Virus record (IMG/VR): IMGVR_UViG_3300037420_000928
Location: 1-24,750 of that record
Source of the DNA: a virus
DNA: 24,750 bases
Strand: one strand, 5' to 3'
The notes under the pieces were generated by a model that had not been told where the DNA came from, ran no database searches, and worked only from the letters and a program-made list of their open reading frames with translations. Positions 23,066 through 24,750 of the stretch are shown one piece after another. The translations under genes and the position numbers were made by a program. Position 1 is the first letter of the stretch, and every line of letters starts with the position of its first letter.

Positions 23066-24750
23066 GGTCTATTCGGTAGAGGACGTCATCCAGACCAGCT
23101 TTGCCCTGTTGCGGCGGATGGGGCAGACCGGCAAGGACATCTGGGCTTTCTCCAAGACGATCACCGATCCGACGGCGCAAGCCACGTACCTGTTGAAGGC
23201 GACCCGCTGGCTGAAGAAACAATCCGAGCGCAAGGTAAAATGGCGCTGGCTGCCGGTCGACCCCTACACCTTTGTGAACTCGCCCAAGTACCTGAACATG
23301 GGTGCCGAAATCTGGCCCAAGAACATGGTCGAGATCGAGCGCCTGCTGTGGGGGGATTACGAAGAGGCGGTGTTCACCGGGGGTATCGGCACCGGCAAGA
23401 CCACCTGTGCCCTGGTCGCCATAGCTGAGACGATCTACGAGCTATCCTGCATGGTGCAGCCACAGCACGCCTTCGACATGGCGGCGTCGTCGGAAATCAT
23501 GTTCATCTTCCAATCGATGAAGAAGGAGTTGTCGAAGACCGTCGACTATAACCGCTTCAAGTCGATGCTCAACAACAGCGCCTATTTCACGGCCAACTTC
23601 CAGTTCGACCGACAGATTTCATCCGAGCTTCGCTTCCCGCACAACATCATCGTCAAGCCGCTGGCCGGCGATGCGACGGCAGCAATTGGGCAGAACGTCT
23701 TCGGCGGTCTGATTGACGAAGTGAACTTCATGGCGGTCACCGAGAACTCCAAACAGGCTTCGGCCGAGGGTGGTGTCTTCGATCAGGCCCGAGCGATCTA
23801 CACCTCGATTGCCCGGCGCCGGGAAAGCCGCTTCATGGAAAAGGGCAAGCTGCCCGGCCTGCTGTGCCTCGTGTCGTCAAAGCGCTACCCCGGCGAGTTC
23901 ACCGACACCAAGATGGCGCAGGCCGAGAAGGAATTGAAAGAAACCGGCCGCACCAGCATTTTCATCTATGACAAGCGGTCGTGGGACGTGAAGGACCTAG
24001 ACAAGTTCTCTGGACAGTGGTTCGACTTGTTCCTTGGGGACGCCAACCGCAAGCCACGGGTGCTCAAGGATGGAGAGGCCGACACGTTTGCGGATGCTGA
24101 CAAGAAGCTGATCACCAAGATACCGCTGGAGTACCGGCAGAAGTTCGAAGACAACATCCTCGACGCGGTGCGGGATATCGCCGGTCACTCGACCCTGGCG
24201 CTGAACCCGTTCATCATGAACGTCGAAGCGGTGGCCAATTGCTTCGGCACCGTGCCGTCGATCATCTCGCGGGAGTGGTGCGATTTCGACCAGACCGGTC
24301 TACTGATCTACCCAGATCGCATAGTAAACCGCACAGCCTTGCGCTGGATACATATCGACCCGTCGGAGACCAAGGACAGCACCGGAGTGGCCTGTGCCCA
24401 CGTCGTCAGGTTCGTGCCGATCCAGCGCGGTGACGAAGTCGAGATGCTGCCTCTGATCCGGTTCGATTTCACCCTCGAATACCGGCCCCCGGCTGGCGGG
24501 GAGATCGAGCTATCGAATGTGCGCCGACTGATCTACAAGCTCAACGAAGTAGGTCTTCCGATCAAGTTCGTCACTCTCGATAGCCATCAATCCAAGGACA
24601 GCCTGCAGACCCTGCACAAGAAGGGCTACAAGTCGGGGTATCAGTCGGTGGACCTGGACATCACCCCGTATGAAGTGGCGAAGCTGGCGTTTTATGACGG
24701 CCGGGTCTTGACCCCGGAGCACGACCATGCCAAACATGAATGGTCCCGCC
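22980..24750 (+). CDS. terL: terminase large subunit (partial, runs off the window; not in the ORF track)
   Basis: Long open frame with Walker A FTGGIGTGKTT, Walker B GGLIDEVNF and nuclease motifs IHIDPSETKD and TLDSHQS. Start is uncertain (22953, 22980, 23019 or 23118). Confidence 0.88.
   Translation, partial: MKKPSPFTTGLTILKKASSSTPPPCQETKVYSVEDVIQTSFALLRRMGQTGKDIWAFSKTITDPTAQATYLLKATRWLKKQSERKVKWRWLPVDPYTFVNSPKYLNMGAEIWPKNMVEIERLLWGDYEEAVFTGGIGTGKTTCALVAIAETIYELSCMVQPQHAFDMAASSEIMFIFQSMKKELSKTVDYNRFKSMLNNSAYFTANFQFDRQISSELRFPHNIIVKPLAGDATAAIGQNVFGGLIDEVNFMAVTENSKQASAEGGVFDQARAIYTSIARRRESRFMEKGKLPGLLCLVSSKRYPGEFTDTKMAQAEKELKETGRTSIFIYDKRSWDVKDLDKFSGQWFDLFLGDANRKPRVLKDGEADTFADADKKLITKIPLEYRQKFEDNILDAVRDIAGHSTLALNPFIMNVEAVANCFGTVPSIISREWCDFDQTGLLIYPDRIVNRTALRWIHIDPSETKDSTGVACAHVVRFVPIQRGDEVEMLPLIRFDFTLEYRPPAGGEIELSNVRRLIYKLNEVGLPIKFVTLDSHQSKDSLQTLHKKGYKSGYQSVDLDITPYEVAKLAFYDGRVLTPEHDHAKHEWSR

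Noticed and set aside
420-24737. Many long minus-strand and alternate-frame ORFs in the track (e.g. 2989-3747, 5879-6559, 18370-19293, 21822-22463)
   Set aside because: They are shadows of GC3-biased plus-strand genes, with no RBS or recognisable motifs.

Overview
This window is a segment of a tailed-phage (or prophage) genome. The host is probably an alphaproteobacterium (Rhizobiales-like), judged from CTTGnn-N16/17-TAnnnT promoters, an apparent absence of GANTC (CcrM) sites and an alpha-type XRE regulator. Every credible gene is on the + strand. Positions ~450-15700 hold a dense array of small accessory genes: DUF6283-, DUF4262-, DUF2158- and YkgJ-like proteins, three XRE HTH proteins, an SGNH esterase with RTX-like repeats, an M15A peptidase, a stand-alone NAD-ligase Ia-like domain, RNase H and a GNAT. 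Positions 15783-21091 form a tightly coupled operon: RapZ C-terminal-like domain, MgsA/RarA C-terminal-like protein, NAD-dependent sugar epimerase/dehydratase, DegT/DnrJ PLP aminotransferase, a small Zn-finger protein and a GT-B glycosyltransferase. After it come a separately promoted, ~190-nt structured ncRNA candidate and tRNA-Ala(UGC), then a ParB-like gene, the small terminase and the large terminase (running off the end). The most notable signals are (i) the amino-sugar synthesis and transfer module beside ParB/terminase, a candidate new DNA or virion glycosylation system, (ii) the unidentified structured RNA, and (iii) a 14-bp palindrome TGCAA-N4-TTGCA found 7 times exactly plus 2 near-matches. 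All family calls come from motif recognition by eye; no searches were run.
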